Part shown: positions 37,040 through 45,967 of the stretch, one piece after another
Layout: each line of letters opens with the position of its first letter
How positions within the stretch are numbered: the stretch's first letter is position 1
Assembly (NCBI GenBank): GCA_035542215.1
Contig: DATKLW010000066.1
Span: forward strand, 1 to 63,293
Direction: 5' to 3'
Length of the DNA stretch: 63,293 bases
DNA from: Thermoanaerobaculia bacterium
GTDB lineage: Bacteria; Acidobacteriota; Thermoanaerobaculia; UBA5066
Program-made: the position numbers and the translations under genes
Notes under the pieces: model-generated
The model's database searches: none
Told to the model about the DNA's origin: nothing
The model's input: only the letters and a program-made list of their open reading frames with translations

Positions 37040-37330
37040 ATGGGAGACTTCACCGCCATGTCGCAAAAGTGCGTCGAGATGATCTTCGGGAAGCTCGCGA
37101 CAGACGAGGAGATGAGGCGCCGCTTCGAAGCGGACCCCCTCGGCACTCTCGCCGTGCTCGCCGGGCGCGGGCTCGAGCTCACGCGGGCCGAGTGTGAAGC
37201 GATCGTTGCGACGAAAGCGGACCTCTTCACTCGGCTCTCCGAGGCGATCGACCCCCGGCTTCAGAAGGCCAGCCTGAGCACGGATACGGCCGCTCCCGCT
37301 CCGCCCGCCGGCGAAAGGAGGCCCTCGTGA
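37040..37330 (+). CDS. Small helical protein resembling the NHLP (nitrile-hydratase leader peptide) clan
   Basis: ORF 36986..37330. Candidate starts are GTG 36986 and ATG 37013/37040/37058 (GGGAGA lies before 37058). 'FGKLATDEEMRRRFEADPLGTLAVLAGRGLELTRAECEAIV...LSEAIDPRL'. Its stop overlaps the TolC GTG (GTGA). Confidence 0.6.
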   Translation: MGDFTAMSQKCVEMIFGKLATDEEMRRRFEADPLGTLAVLAGRGLELTRAECEAIVATKADLFTRLSEAIDPRLQKASLSTDTAAPAPPAGERRPS

Positions 37331-38937
37331 TCCGCCCGGTCCTCGCCGCCTTGCTCGTCACCTCGGCAACGCTCGCCGCCCAGACCGCGCCCGCGCCGGC
37401 GGAAACACCCGCGGTCCCGATCACGCTGGCCGACGCGACGGCGCGCGCGCTCGCACGGAACAACGACATCGCCCTCGAGCGCGAGTCGTTCCACATCACG
37501 GACGCGTCGGTCCTCAGGGCCGCAGGCTCGTACGACCCGGCCCTCCACCTCGACGGCGGCTACCACAACCACACGGACCCCGTGAACTCGCTTCTTTCCG
37601 GCGCCCCGTACGGCGAGATCGTGCCCTCCTCCGAAAACGTGTCGGGCACGGCCTCGATCGGCCAGCTCCTGCCGACGGGCGGGAACGTGAACGTCTTTGC
37701 CGGGGCCTCGCGCGACATCACGAACAATTTCCTCGTCCTCCTCTCGCCGGCATACTCGACGTCCCTCGGGATCAACCTCCGCCAGCCGCTCCTGCAGAAC
37801 CTGTCCATCGACCCGGCCCGGCGCGCGATCCGGATCGCGGCGCTCGACCTCGAGCGCGGAACGGCTTCGCTCCGGCGCACGGTCGCGGACACCGTCACGA
37901 GCGTCGACCGCGCTTACTGGAACCTCGTCGCCGCGCGCCGCGACGTCCTCGTCCGGGAGGCGAGCGTCCGTCTCGCCGGAGAGCAGCGTGACGACACGAA
38001 GTCGCGCATCGACGTCGGGACGCTCCCCGAGTCCGACATCGCCCAGCCGCTCGCCGAGCTCGAGCGCCGCAAGGGCGACCTCTACGCCTCGCAGGAGAAC
38101 ATGCGGCGCGCCGAGCTGCTCCTGAAGCTCCTGCTCCTGAACGACGACGCCGACCCGCTCTGGAACCAGACGATCGACCCCGTCGACGCGCCCGAGACGG
38201 CCGTCCTCCACGTCGACCTCGCGAGCGCCCTCCGGGTGGCCGAGGACAAGCGGCCCGAGCTCGCCGAGGCGCGGGCGCGCGTCGCGCAGCGCGGGGTGGA
38301 CGTGGACTTCGCGCGAGACCGGCTCAAGCCGCAGCTCGACCTCGTCGCGGGATACGCGCGGCGCGGCCTCGCGGGAAGTCTCAATCCAAACGCTCCCGAT
38401 TCCGGGTTCCTGGGCGTGCCGATCGTCGTGCCGGACGCCATCGACGGCGGCTTCGGCCGCTCGCTCGGGACGGTCGCCGAAGGGCGTTTCCCGGACGCCT
38501 CGATCGGTCTCTCGCTTTCGGTGCCCGTCTTCAACCGCGTCGCGAAGGGCGACGCTGCGATCGCGAAGGCGCAGAAGAGCCAGGCGGAGATCCTCCTCGC
38601 GCAGACGAAACAGCGTGTCGCCGTCGAGGTCCGAAACGCCGTTCTCACGCTCGACACGGCCGCGCAGCGCATCGACGCCGCTAAGGCCGGGCGCGCCGCG
38701 GCCCAGACGCAGCTTGCCGCCGAGAAGGACCGCTACGACGTGGGCCTCTCGACGAACTTCTTCGTGCTCACGCGGCAGAACGACCTCGCGACGGCCGTCC
38801 TCACGGAGATCGCCGCCCTCACCGATTACCGCAAGGCCCTGACCGACTACGCGCGCGCCGCCGGGACGCTCCTCGACGAGCGCCGCATCGAGATCGTGGG
38901 CGACGCACCGGCCGTCAAGGCCGTGGAAGGACGCTGA
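37327..38937 (+). CDS. TolC family outer-membrane efflux protein
   Basis: 536 aa. Signal peptide, then 'ITLADATARALARNNDIALER'. Two-repeat TolC architecture. C-terminal 'DY.KAL.DY'. Confidence 0.9.
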   Translation: MIRPVLAALLVTSATLAAQTAPAPAETPAVPITLADATARALARNNDIALERESFHITDASVLRAAGSYDPALHLDGGYHNHTDPVNSLLSGAPYGEIVPSSENVSGTASIGQLLPTGGNVNVFAGASRDITNNFLVLLSPAYSTSLGINLRQPLLQNLSIDPARRAIRIAALDLERGTASLRRTVADTVTSVDRAYWNLVAARRDVLVREASVRLAGEQRDDTKSRIDVGTLPESDIAQPLAELERRKGDLYASQENMRRAELLLKLLLLNDDADPLWNQTIDPVDAPETAVLHVDLASALRVAEDKRPELAEARARVAQRGVDVDFARDRLKPQLDLVAGYARRGLAGSLNPNAPDSGFLGVPIVVPDAIDGGFGRSLGTVAEGRFPDASIGLSLSVPVFNRVAKGDAAIAKAQKSQAEILLAQTKQRVAVEVRNAVLTLDTAAQRIDAAKAGRAAAQTQLAAEKDRYDVGLSTNFFVLTRQNDLATAVLTEIAALTDYRKALTDYARAAGTLLDERRIEIVGDAPAVKAVEGR

Positions 38938-38942
38938 ACACC

Positions 38943-39989
38943 ATGCGCTCGAAGCTCTCCTTCGTCCTCGTGTCCGCAACGCTCCTCCTCGCGGGCTGCT
39001 CGCGTTCGAACGGGTCCTCAAAGGCCGCGGCGTCCGTCGAGGCGCCGCCGATCGCCGCCGCCACTTCCCCCGTCGAGAGCCGCGTCCTGCCCCGCATCCT
39101 CGAGGTGACGGGCGCCCTCGCCGCCGACGAGTCGGCGGACGTCGCCGCCGAGCGGGACGGCCAGGTCGCGACCGTGCGCGTCGAGCGCGGGACCTACGTC
39201 GAGAAGGGCGCCATCCTCGCGACGATCGACGAGCGCGAGGCGAAGGCCCAGCTCGACCAGGCCCGCGCGAACCTCGCGTGGACGTCGGCCGAGGTCGAGC
39301 GCTACGCCGAGCTCCGGAAAAAGCAGGTCGTCGCGAAGGCCGAGGACCAGAGGAAGGGCACCGACCTCGACCTCGCGAAGGCGTCGCTCGCGCTGGCCGA
39401 GAAGGGATTCCAGGACTGCACGATCCGCGCGCCGTTCTCCGGCGTCGTGACCGAGAAGAAGGTCTCGGCAGGCGCGTTCGTCAGGCGCGGACAGGCGATC
39501 TGCGGCCTCGTGAAGATCGACCCGCTCCGGGCCGAGCTCGCGATCCCCGAGATCGCGGTGCCGGCGATCCAGGTCGGCCAGAAGGCCCGCCTCGCCGTCC
39601 AGTCCTTCCCCGACCGGGGCTTCGACGCGATCGTGCGCTACATCGGGCCGTCGCTCCGCACCGAGGCCCGCACGCTCGTCGTCGAGGCCGTCGTCCCGAA
39701 CGCCGGGCACGTTCTGAAGCCCGGCTTGTTCGTGACCGCGCGCGTGGAGCTCCCGAAAACCGAGCCCACGCTCCTCGTCCCCGCCGCGGCGATCGTGACG
39801 GACTCGGGCGTCTCGCACGTCTTCGTCCTCGGCAAGGACCGCGTCTCCGAGCGCATCGTCGCCCTCGGGGACCGCTACGCCGACTCCGTCGAGGTCCGGA
39901 CCGGCGTCGCGGCCGGCGAGCGCGTCGTCGTCAACCCCGATCGCCGGCTCGCGGACGGGCTGGAAGTCCTCCGCGGCGGCTCGCGCTAA
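38943..39989 (+). CDS. Efflux RND transporter periplasmic adaptor (MFP)
   Basis: 348 aa. Lipobox LLLAGCS. Lipoyl/hairpin/beta-barrel pattern ('G.YVEKGAILATID', 'IRAPFSGVVTEK'). Confidence 0.9.
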   Translation: MRSKLSFVLVSATLLLAGCSRSNGSSKAAASVEAPPIAAATSPVESRVLPRILEVTGALAADESADVAAERDGQVATVRVERGTYVEKGAILATIDEREAKAQLDQARANLAWTSAEVERYAELRKKQVVAKAEDQRKGTDLDLAKASLALAEKGFQDCTIRAPFSGVVTEKKVSAGAFVRRGQAICGLVKIDPLRAELAIPEIAVPAIQVGQKARLAVQSFPDRGFDAIVRYIGPSLRTEARTLVVEAVVPNAGHVLKPGLFVTARVELPKTEPTLLVPAAAIVTDSGVSHVFVLGKDRVSERIVALGDRYADSVEVRTGVAAGERVVVNPDRRLADGLEVLRGGSR

Positions 39990-39998
39990 GGAGATTCC

Positions 39999-42900
39999 GT
40001 GCAGGCACTCGCGCGCCTCTGCGTCCGCCGGCCCGTCTTCGCGTCGGTCCTCATCATCGCCCTCGTCGTCGTCGGAGGCGTCGGGTACACGCGCCTCGGC
40101 GTCGACCGCTATCCGCGCGTCGACTTCCCGACCGTCGCCGTGATCACGCGTCTCCCGGGCGCCGCGCCCGAGGAGGTCGAGACGGAGGTCACGGACAAGA
40201 TCGAGGAGTCGATCAACACGATCGCCGGGATCGACGACCTCCAGTCCGTGTCCTCCGAAGGCATCTCGCAGGTCTTCGTCACGTTCATCCTCGAGAAGAA
40301 CGCCGACGTCGGCGCGCAGGAAGTGCGCGACAAGGTGAACCGGGTCCTCGCGGACCTCCCGCGCGACATCGACCAGCCGATCGTCGAGAAGCTCGACCCC
40401 GACGCGACTCCCATCCTCTCGATCGCCCTCTCCGGCAAGCGGACGCTCCGGGAGACGACGGAGTACGCGGACAAGATCCTCCGGCGCCAGATCGAGTCCG
40501 TGAACGGCGTCGGCCAGGTCACGATCCTCGGCGGCCGCTCGCGCCGCATCAACGTCCGCCTCGACACGGAGCGCCTGAAGGCCTACGGGCTCGCGGCCGT
40601 GGACGTGCGCCGCGCCCTCCAGACGCAGAACGTGAAGATCCCCGGCGGCACGCTGAAGGCGGGCGCGACCGAGGCGACCGTCCGCGTCTACGGGCGCGTC
40701 GCGAACGCGCAGGAGTTCGAGCAGATCTTCATCACGCAGCGCAACGGGCTCCCGGTGCGCGTCGGCGACGTCGCGAAGGTCGAGGACAGCGAGGAAGACG
40801 CCGAGCGCGCGGCGAGCAAGGACGGGGTCCCGACGGTCGTCCTCTCGGTGCGCAAGCAGTCCGGCACGAACACGATCGCCGTCATCGACGCGCTCAAGGA
40901 GCGCCTCGCCGAGATCGCCCCGCAGCTGCCCGCGGGCTACTCGACGGAGATCGTCCGCGACCAGTCGCAGTTCATCAAGGCGGCCGTCGACACCGTCCAG
41001 GAGCACCTCCTCCTCGGCGGCTTCCTCGCGGCCCTCGTCGTCCTCCTCTTCCTCGGGAACATCCGGTCGACGCTCATCGCGGCGATCGCGATCCCGACGT
41101 CCGTCATCTCGACCTACGCCCTCATGTACGCGATGGGCTTCACGCTGAACGTCCTGACGCTCCTCGCGCTGACGCTCGCCGTCGGCATCGTGATCGACGA
41201 TGCGATCGTCGTCCTCGAGAACATCTTCCGGTTCATCGAGGAGAAGAAGGTCATGCCGTTCCAGGCGGCGATCGACGCGACGAAGGAGATCGGCCTCGCG
41301 GTCCTCGCGACGACGCTCTCGCTCGTGGCCGTCTTCCTGCCCGTCGCGTTCATGGGCGGTATCGTCGGCCGCTTCATGAACTCCTTCGGCCTCACGATGG
41401 CGTTCGCGATCCTCGTCTCGCTCGTCGTCTCGTTCTCGCTGACGCCGATGCTGTCGGCGCGGTTCCTCCGCCGGAAAGAAGAGCAGAAAGAAAATTCTCT
41501 TAGAAAGAAGGAGGGGCCGGGAGGTGCGCATTCCGCGGCCGCCACGAGTAAATCGAGGGGGTTTTACGCGGTCATCGACCGGACGTACGCCGCGATGCTC
41601 CGGTGGTCGATCGGCCACCGGTGGGCGGTCGTCGGGATCTGCGCCCTCACGCTCGCCACGCTGCCGATCCTCTTCAAGGTCGTGCCGAAGAACTTCCTCC
41701 CATACGACGACGAGTCGCAGTTCGAGGTGAACTTCCGGGCGCCCGAGGGGACCTCGCTCGAGGCGACGGCGCTCCTCGGGAACCGCATCAGCAAGGACGT
41801 CAAGACGCTCCCCGGCGTCGAGTACGCCCTCCTGACGGTCGCCGCGGACGACGCGAAGACCCAGAACCTCGGCAGCGTCTATGTGAAGCTCGTGGACGCC
41901 GACAAGCGCAAGGAGTCGCAGACGACCGTCATGGACCGCGTCCGCAAGGAGATCCTCCCGCGCTACGCGGACGCGAAGCTCCGAACGGACGTCTCGTACG
42001 TGAACGCGTTCTCCAGCGGCCAGAAGAACGCCGAGATCATGTACGTGATCAACGGCCCGGATCTCGACAAGCTCGCGAAGGTTTCCGACGCTCTCATGGC
42101 GAAGCTCCGGACCGTTCCGGGCATCGTCGACGTCGACTCGACGCTCATCTTCGGCAAGCCCGAGCTCGGCGTCACGGTCGCGCGCTCGAAGGCGTCGGAT
42201 CTCGGCGTCTCCGTGGCGGACGTCGCCGAGACGCTCCGGATCCTCGTCGGCGGCGAAAAGGTCTCGGCCTTCGACGACGGCGGCGAGCAGTACGACGTCT
42301 ACCTCCGCGCCCGGCCCGAGGACCGCGCCGACGAGGCGAGCCTCCGGCGGTTCAACGTCCCCTCCTACCGGCTCGGCGCGGTCCCTCTCGAGGACGTGAC
42401 CTCGTTCCGGAGCGGCGTCGGGCCGTCCCAGATCAACCGCCTGAACCGCCGCCGGCAGGTCACGATCATGGCGAACATGAACCCCGGATACTCGTCCCAG
42501 ACGGCGCTCGACCTCCTCGTCAAGGAGACGAAGGCGCTGAACCTCGACGCGTCCTACACGTACCGGTTCGTCGGGCGCTCGAAGGAGCAGGGCCGGAGCG
42601 CGCAGAATTTCCTGCTTGCGTTCGCCCTCTCGGGCATCTTCATGTACCTCATTCTCGCGGCGCAGTTCGAGAGCTGGCTGCACCCGGTGACGATTCTGCT
42701 GGCCTTGCCCCTCACGATGCCGTTCGCGCTCCTCTCGATCCTGATCTTCGGGCAGAGCGTGAACATCTTCACGTCGCTCGGCATCCTCGTCCTCTTCGGC
42801 GTCGTCAAGAAGAACTCGATCCTCCAGGTCGAGTTCGCGAACCAGCTGCGCGAGCGCGGGATGGAGCGCGACGCGGCCGTCATGCTCGCGAGCCGCGAGC

Positions 42901-43184
42901 GTCTCCGCCCGATCCTCATGACGACGATGGCGTTCGTCGCGGGCATGCTTCCGCTCCTCGTCTCGTCGGGACCGGGCGCGGGCACGAACCGCGCGATCGG
43001 CTCCGTGATCGCGGGCGGCCAGACGCTCGCGCTCCTCCTGACGCTCCTCGCGACGCCCGTCGCGTATTCGCTCTTCGACGACGCCCAGCAGCGGGCCGGG
43101 CGTCTCGTCCGAAGGCTGCGCAAACAGCCCGCCCCTGCCGCGGCGCCCGCGGCCGAAAGACGGCCGGCCCCGGCCGTCACTTAG
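39999..43184 (+). CDS. RND efflux permease (AcrB/MdtB family)
   Basis: 1061 aa, GTG start with a TAAGGAG SD. 'RRPVFASVLI', 'GIVIDDAIVVLENI', 12-TM topology with two large periplasmic loops. Confidence 0.95.
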   Translation: MQALARLCVRRPVFASVLIIALVVVGGVGYTRLGVDRYPRVDFPTVAVITRLPGAAPEEVETEVTDKIEESINTIAGIDDLQSVSSEGISQVFVTFILEKNADVGAQEVRDKVNRVLADLPRDIDQPIVEKLDPDATPILSIALSGKRTLRETTEYADKILRRQIESVNGVGQVTILGGRSRRINVRLDTERLKAYGLAAVDVRRALQTQNVKIPGGTLKAGATEATVRVYGRVANAQEFEQIFITQRNGLPVRVGDVAKVEDSEEDAERAASKDGVPTVVLSVRKQSGTNTIAVIDALKERLAEIAPQLPAGYSTEIVRDQSQFIKAAVDTVQEHLLLGGFLAALVVLLFLGNIRSTLIAAIAIPTSVISTYALMYAMGFTLNVLTLLALTLAVGIVIDDAIVVLENIFRFIEEKKVMPFQAAIDATKEIGLAVLATTLSLVAVFLPVAFMGGIVGRFMNSFGLTMAFAILVSLVVSFSLTPMLSARFLRRKEEQKENSLRKKEGPGGAHSAAATSKSRGFYAVIDRTYAAMLRWSIGHRWAVVGICALTLATLPILFKVVPKNFLPYDDESQFEVNFRAPEGTSLEATALLGNRISKDVKTLPGVEYALLTVAADDAKTQNLGSVYVKLVDADKRKESQTTVMDRVRKEILPRYADAKLRTDVSYVNAFSSGQKNAEIMYVINGPDLDKLAKVSDALMAKLRTVPGIVDVDSTLIFGKPELGVTVARSKASDLGVSVADVAETLRILVGGEKVSAFDDGGEQYDVYLRARPEDRADEASLRRFNVPSYRLGAVPLEDVTSFRSGVGPSQINRLNRRRQVTIMANMNPGYSSQTALDLLVKETKALNLDASYTYRFVGRSKEQGRSAQNFLLAFALSGIFMYLILAAQFESWLHPVTILLALPLTMPFALLSILIFGQSVNIFTSLGILVLFGVVKKNSILQVEFANQLRERGMERDAAVMLASRERLRPILMTTMAFVAGMLPLLVSSGPGAGTNRAIGSVIAGGQTLALLLTLLATPVAYSLFDDAQQRAGRLVRRLRKQPAPAAAPAAERRPAPAVT

Positions 43185-43192
43185 GAGATCCC

Positions 43193-44194
43193 ATGCGCCG
43201 AGCGCCCCGAATCGCCGCTCTCCTCGCCGCCGCCCTCGCGTGCGCCTGCCGCAACGGAGGCGACCCGGACGTCGTCGTCCTGAGCGGCCGCCTCGAGGCG
43301 CCCATGGTCGACCTCGCGCCGAAGGTCGCGGGCCGCGTCGTCGAGGTGAAGGTGCGCGAGGGCGACCGCGTGAAGGAGGGCGACCTCGTCGCGAGGCTGG
43401 ACCTCGGCGACACGGCGCTCGCGCCGGAGCGCGACGCAAAGGCGCTGAAGAGCGCCGAGGCGCGATTTCAGGACCTGAAGACCGGTAGCCGCGACGCGGA
43501 AATCAAGGGCGCGGAGTCGGAGGTGGTCGACCGCCGCGCCGCTGTCGAACTGGCGCGGCCGGAGCTCGAGCGCCAGGAGATTTTGCTTTCTAAGAAAGTC
43601 GGAACTCCTCGCGACGTCGACGTTGCGCGCACGAATCTCGAGCGCGCAGTGGCCAACCTCAAGATGTCCGAAGAGCGCCTCCGGCTCGCCCGCGAGGGCT
43701 TCCGCCAGTGGCAAACGGAGCAGGCGCGCGCGGACGTGGGCCGCGCGCAGACCGTCCTGATGCAGTCCGAGACCGTCGCCCGCGAGTCCGAGATCCGCGC
43801 GCCCGCCGACGGCGTGATCCTCCACCGCATGGCCGAGCCGGGGCTCCTCCTCGGTGCCGGCCAGCCCGCCGTCACGATGGCCTTCGCGGACCGCCTCTAC
43901 GTCCGGACGTTCATCCCGGAAACGCAGCTCGGCCGCGTCCGGATGGGGAGCCCCGCCGAGGTGACCGTCGACGCGTTCAAGGGCCGGACGTTCCCGGCGA
44001 GGGTCACGGAAATCTCGCCCGACGCCGAGTTCACTCCGAAGCCGGTCGACACGTCCCGCGAGCGCGTGAACATGGTCTACGCCGCGAAGGTCGACCTCGA
44101 CGCCGGCTGGAACGCGCCGCTCGTCCCCGGCCAGCCCGCGGACGTGCGCGTGAAGGCCGCGGAAGCCGCCCCCGCGAAGAGCTCCGGCAAGTGA
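43193..44194 (+). CDS. HlyD family secretion/adaptor protein (YbhG-like)
   Basis: In frame within ORF 41603..44194. ATG 43193 with a TAGGAG SD. Lipobox-like LAAALACAC. 'VREGDRVKEGDLVARLD', coiled coil, 'IRAPADGVI'. Confidence 0.9.
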   Translation: MRRAPRIAALLAAALACACRNGGDPDVVVLSGRLEAPMVDLAPKVAGRVVEVKVREGDRVKEGDLVARLDLGDTALAPERDAKALKSAEARFQDLKTGSRDAEIKGAESEVVDRRAAVELARPELERQEILLSKKVGTPRDVDVARTNLERAVANLKMSEERLRLAREGFRQWQTEQARADVGRAQTVLMQSETVARESEIRAPADGVILHRMAEPGLLLGAGQPAVTMAFADRLYVRTFIPETQLGRVRMGSPAEVTVDAFKGRTFPARVTEISPDAEFTPKPVDTSRERVNMVYAAKVDLDAGWNAPLVPGQPADVRVKAAEAAPAKSSGK

Positions 44195-45957
44195 TCCGCG
44201 CCGAGAAGCTCGTCCGGAGCTTCGGCAGCCGCCAGGCGCTTTGCGGCATCGATCTCGACGTCGCGCGCGGCGAAATGTTCGCGCTCATCGGGCCCGATGG
44301 CGCCGGCAAAACGACCTTCTTCCGGATCGTCGCGGGCCTCCTCGAGCCGACGTCCGGCCGCCTCGTCCGGGACGACGTGTCGTTCGGGCTCGTCCCACAG
44401 CGCTTCTCGCTCTACGAGGACCTCACGGTCGACGAGAACCTCGCGCTGCGCGCGCGCCTCTACTCCGTGCCGGCGTCCGAGGCCGACCCCCGCGCGCGGG
44501 ACCTCCTCGCCCGCGTCGGACTCGACCGCTTTGGCGCCCGCCTCGCGGGCGCGCTGTCGGGCGGCATGAAGCAGAAGCTCGCGCTCGTCGCGGCGCTCCT
44601 GACGCGCCCTGCGCTCCTCCTCCTCGACGAACCGACGACGGGCGTGGACCCGGTCTCGCGGCGCGAGTTCTGGCAGGTCCTGAACGCCCTCCACCACGAG
44701 GGGCTCACGATCGTCGTTTCCACCCCGTACATGGACGAGGCCGAGTACGCGACGCGTCTCGCGTTCCTGAACGAAGGGCGGATCGTCGCGACGGGGACGA
44801 AGGAAGAGATCCTGAAGAAGACCCCGAGAGGGCGGAGCGCGGCCGGAGCGCAAGCCGCAGAGCCGACGCTGGACGACGCGTTCGTGTATTTCAGCGAAAG
44901 TGAGGAAGAGAAAGGGAGGGGCGCCGAGCACGCCAGCACGCCGAGCGCCGCCGCGAGTCGCCGCGCACAGCCGCCGCTCGTGCCCTCTTCACCTTCAAAG
45001 AAATCCCCGGGCGTTTCTTCGGACTTCCTCCTCCGCTGCGACGCCCTCACGCGCAGGTTCGGGTCTTTCACCGCCGTGGACCACGTCTCCTTCGAGATCC
45101 CGAAGGGAATGGTCTTCGGCTTCCTCGGACCGAACGGGTCGGGGAAGTCGACGACGATCCGCATGCTCACCGGGCTCCTCCATCCGACGTCGGGCTCGGC
45201 GACGGGCTTCGGCGGCCTGAACGTCGCGAAGGACACCGAGACGTGGAAGAAGCGCCTCGGCTACATGAGCCAGAAGTTCTCCCTGTACCTCGACCTGACG
45301 GTGAAGGAGAACCTCGAGTTCTTCGGGTCGATCTATGGCCTCTCCCGTGAGCGGCTCGCGGAGCGCATCGGAACACTTTCTTCGCGCCTGCGCTTCGGGC
45401 GGCTCCTTGGGGAGCTGACCGAGAACCTCTCGACGGGCCAGCGCCAGCGCGTCGCGCTCGCGGCCGCGCTCCTCCACGAGCCCGAGCTCCTCTTCCTCGA
45501 CGAGCCCACGGGCGGCGTCGACCCGAAAGCGCGCCGGATGTTCTGGGACCTCATCGATGAGCTCGCGTCCTCGCGCGGGATGACGGTCCTCGTCACGACG
45601 CACTACATGGACGAGGCCGAGCAGTGCGACCGCCTCGCGTTCATCCTCGACGGCCGGATCATCGCGTCCGGGAGCCCGGCGGAGCTCAAGGGCTCGCTCG
45701 GCGGCCGGCTCATCGAGGTGCCGCTCGCGACCGAGCCGTTCGCCGCTCTCGCGTCCGTGCGGAGCGACGCGAGCCTCGAGGACGCTTACCTCTTCGGACG
45801 GCGGCTCCGGGCCGTCGCCCGCCCGGGCGCGGCCGCGGCCGCGGCGAAGCTCCTCGCGCCCCTCGGCGCGCAACACCTCGCCGAACCTTCCCTCGAGGAC
45901 GTTTTCGTGTCGCTCGCCCGGAGCGCCGCGCCCGCCGGCGCGGCCGTCCGGGCATGA
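44191..45957 (+). CDS. ABC transporter ATP-binding protein with two fused NBDs (YbhF-like)
   Basis: GTG 44191 overlaps the HlyD stop (GTGA). Two Walker A motifs (GPDGAGKTT; GPNGSGKST), two signatures (LSGGMKQK; LSTGQRQR) and two Walker B motifs (LLLDEP; LFLDEP). A linker of about 60 aa is low-complexity. Confidence 0.9.
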   Translation: MIRAEKLVRSFGSRQALCGIDLDVARGEMFALIGPDGAGKTTFFRIVAGLLEPTSGRLVRDDVSFGLVPQRFSLYEDLTVDENLALRARLYSVPASEADPRARDLLARVGLDRFGARLAGALSGGMKQKLALVAALLTRPALLLLDEPTTGVDPVSRREFWQVLNALHHEGLTIVVSTPYMDEAEYATRLAFLNEGRIVATGTKEEILKKTPRGRSAAGAQAAEPTLDDAFVYFSESEEEKGRGAEHASTPSAAASRRAQPPLVPSSPSKKSPGVSSDFLLRCDALTRRFGSFTAVDHVSFEIPKGMVFGFLGPNGSGKSTTIRMLTGLLHPTSGSATGFGGLNVAKDTETWKKRLGYMSQKFSLYLDLTVKENLEFFGSIYGLSRERLAERIGTLSSRLRFGRLLGELTENLSTGQRQRVALAAALLHEPELLFLDEPTGGVDPKARRMFWDLIDELASSRGMTVLVTTHYMDEAEQCDRLAFILDGRIIASGSPAELKGSLGGRLIEVPLATEPFAALASVRSDASLEDAYLFGRRLRAVARPGAAAAAAKLLAPLGAQHLAEPSLEDVFVSLARSAAPAGAAVRA

Positions 45958-45967
45958 CGGAGGAACG

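Noticed and set aside
39018-43439. 1473-aa minus-strand ORF antisense to the MFP/RND genes
   Set aside because: Shadow ORF with extreme Arg/Asp/Glu content. The plus frames encode textbook efflux proteins.
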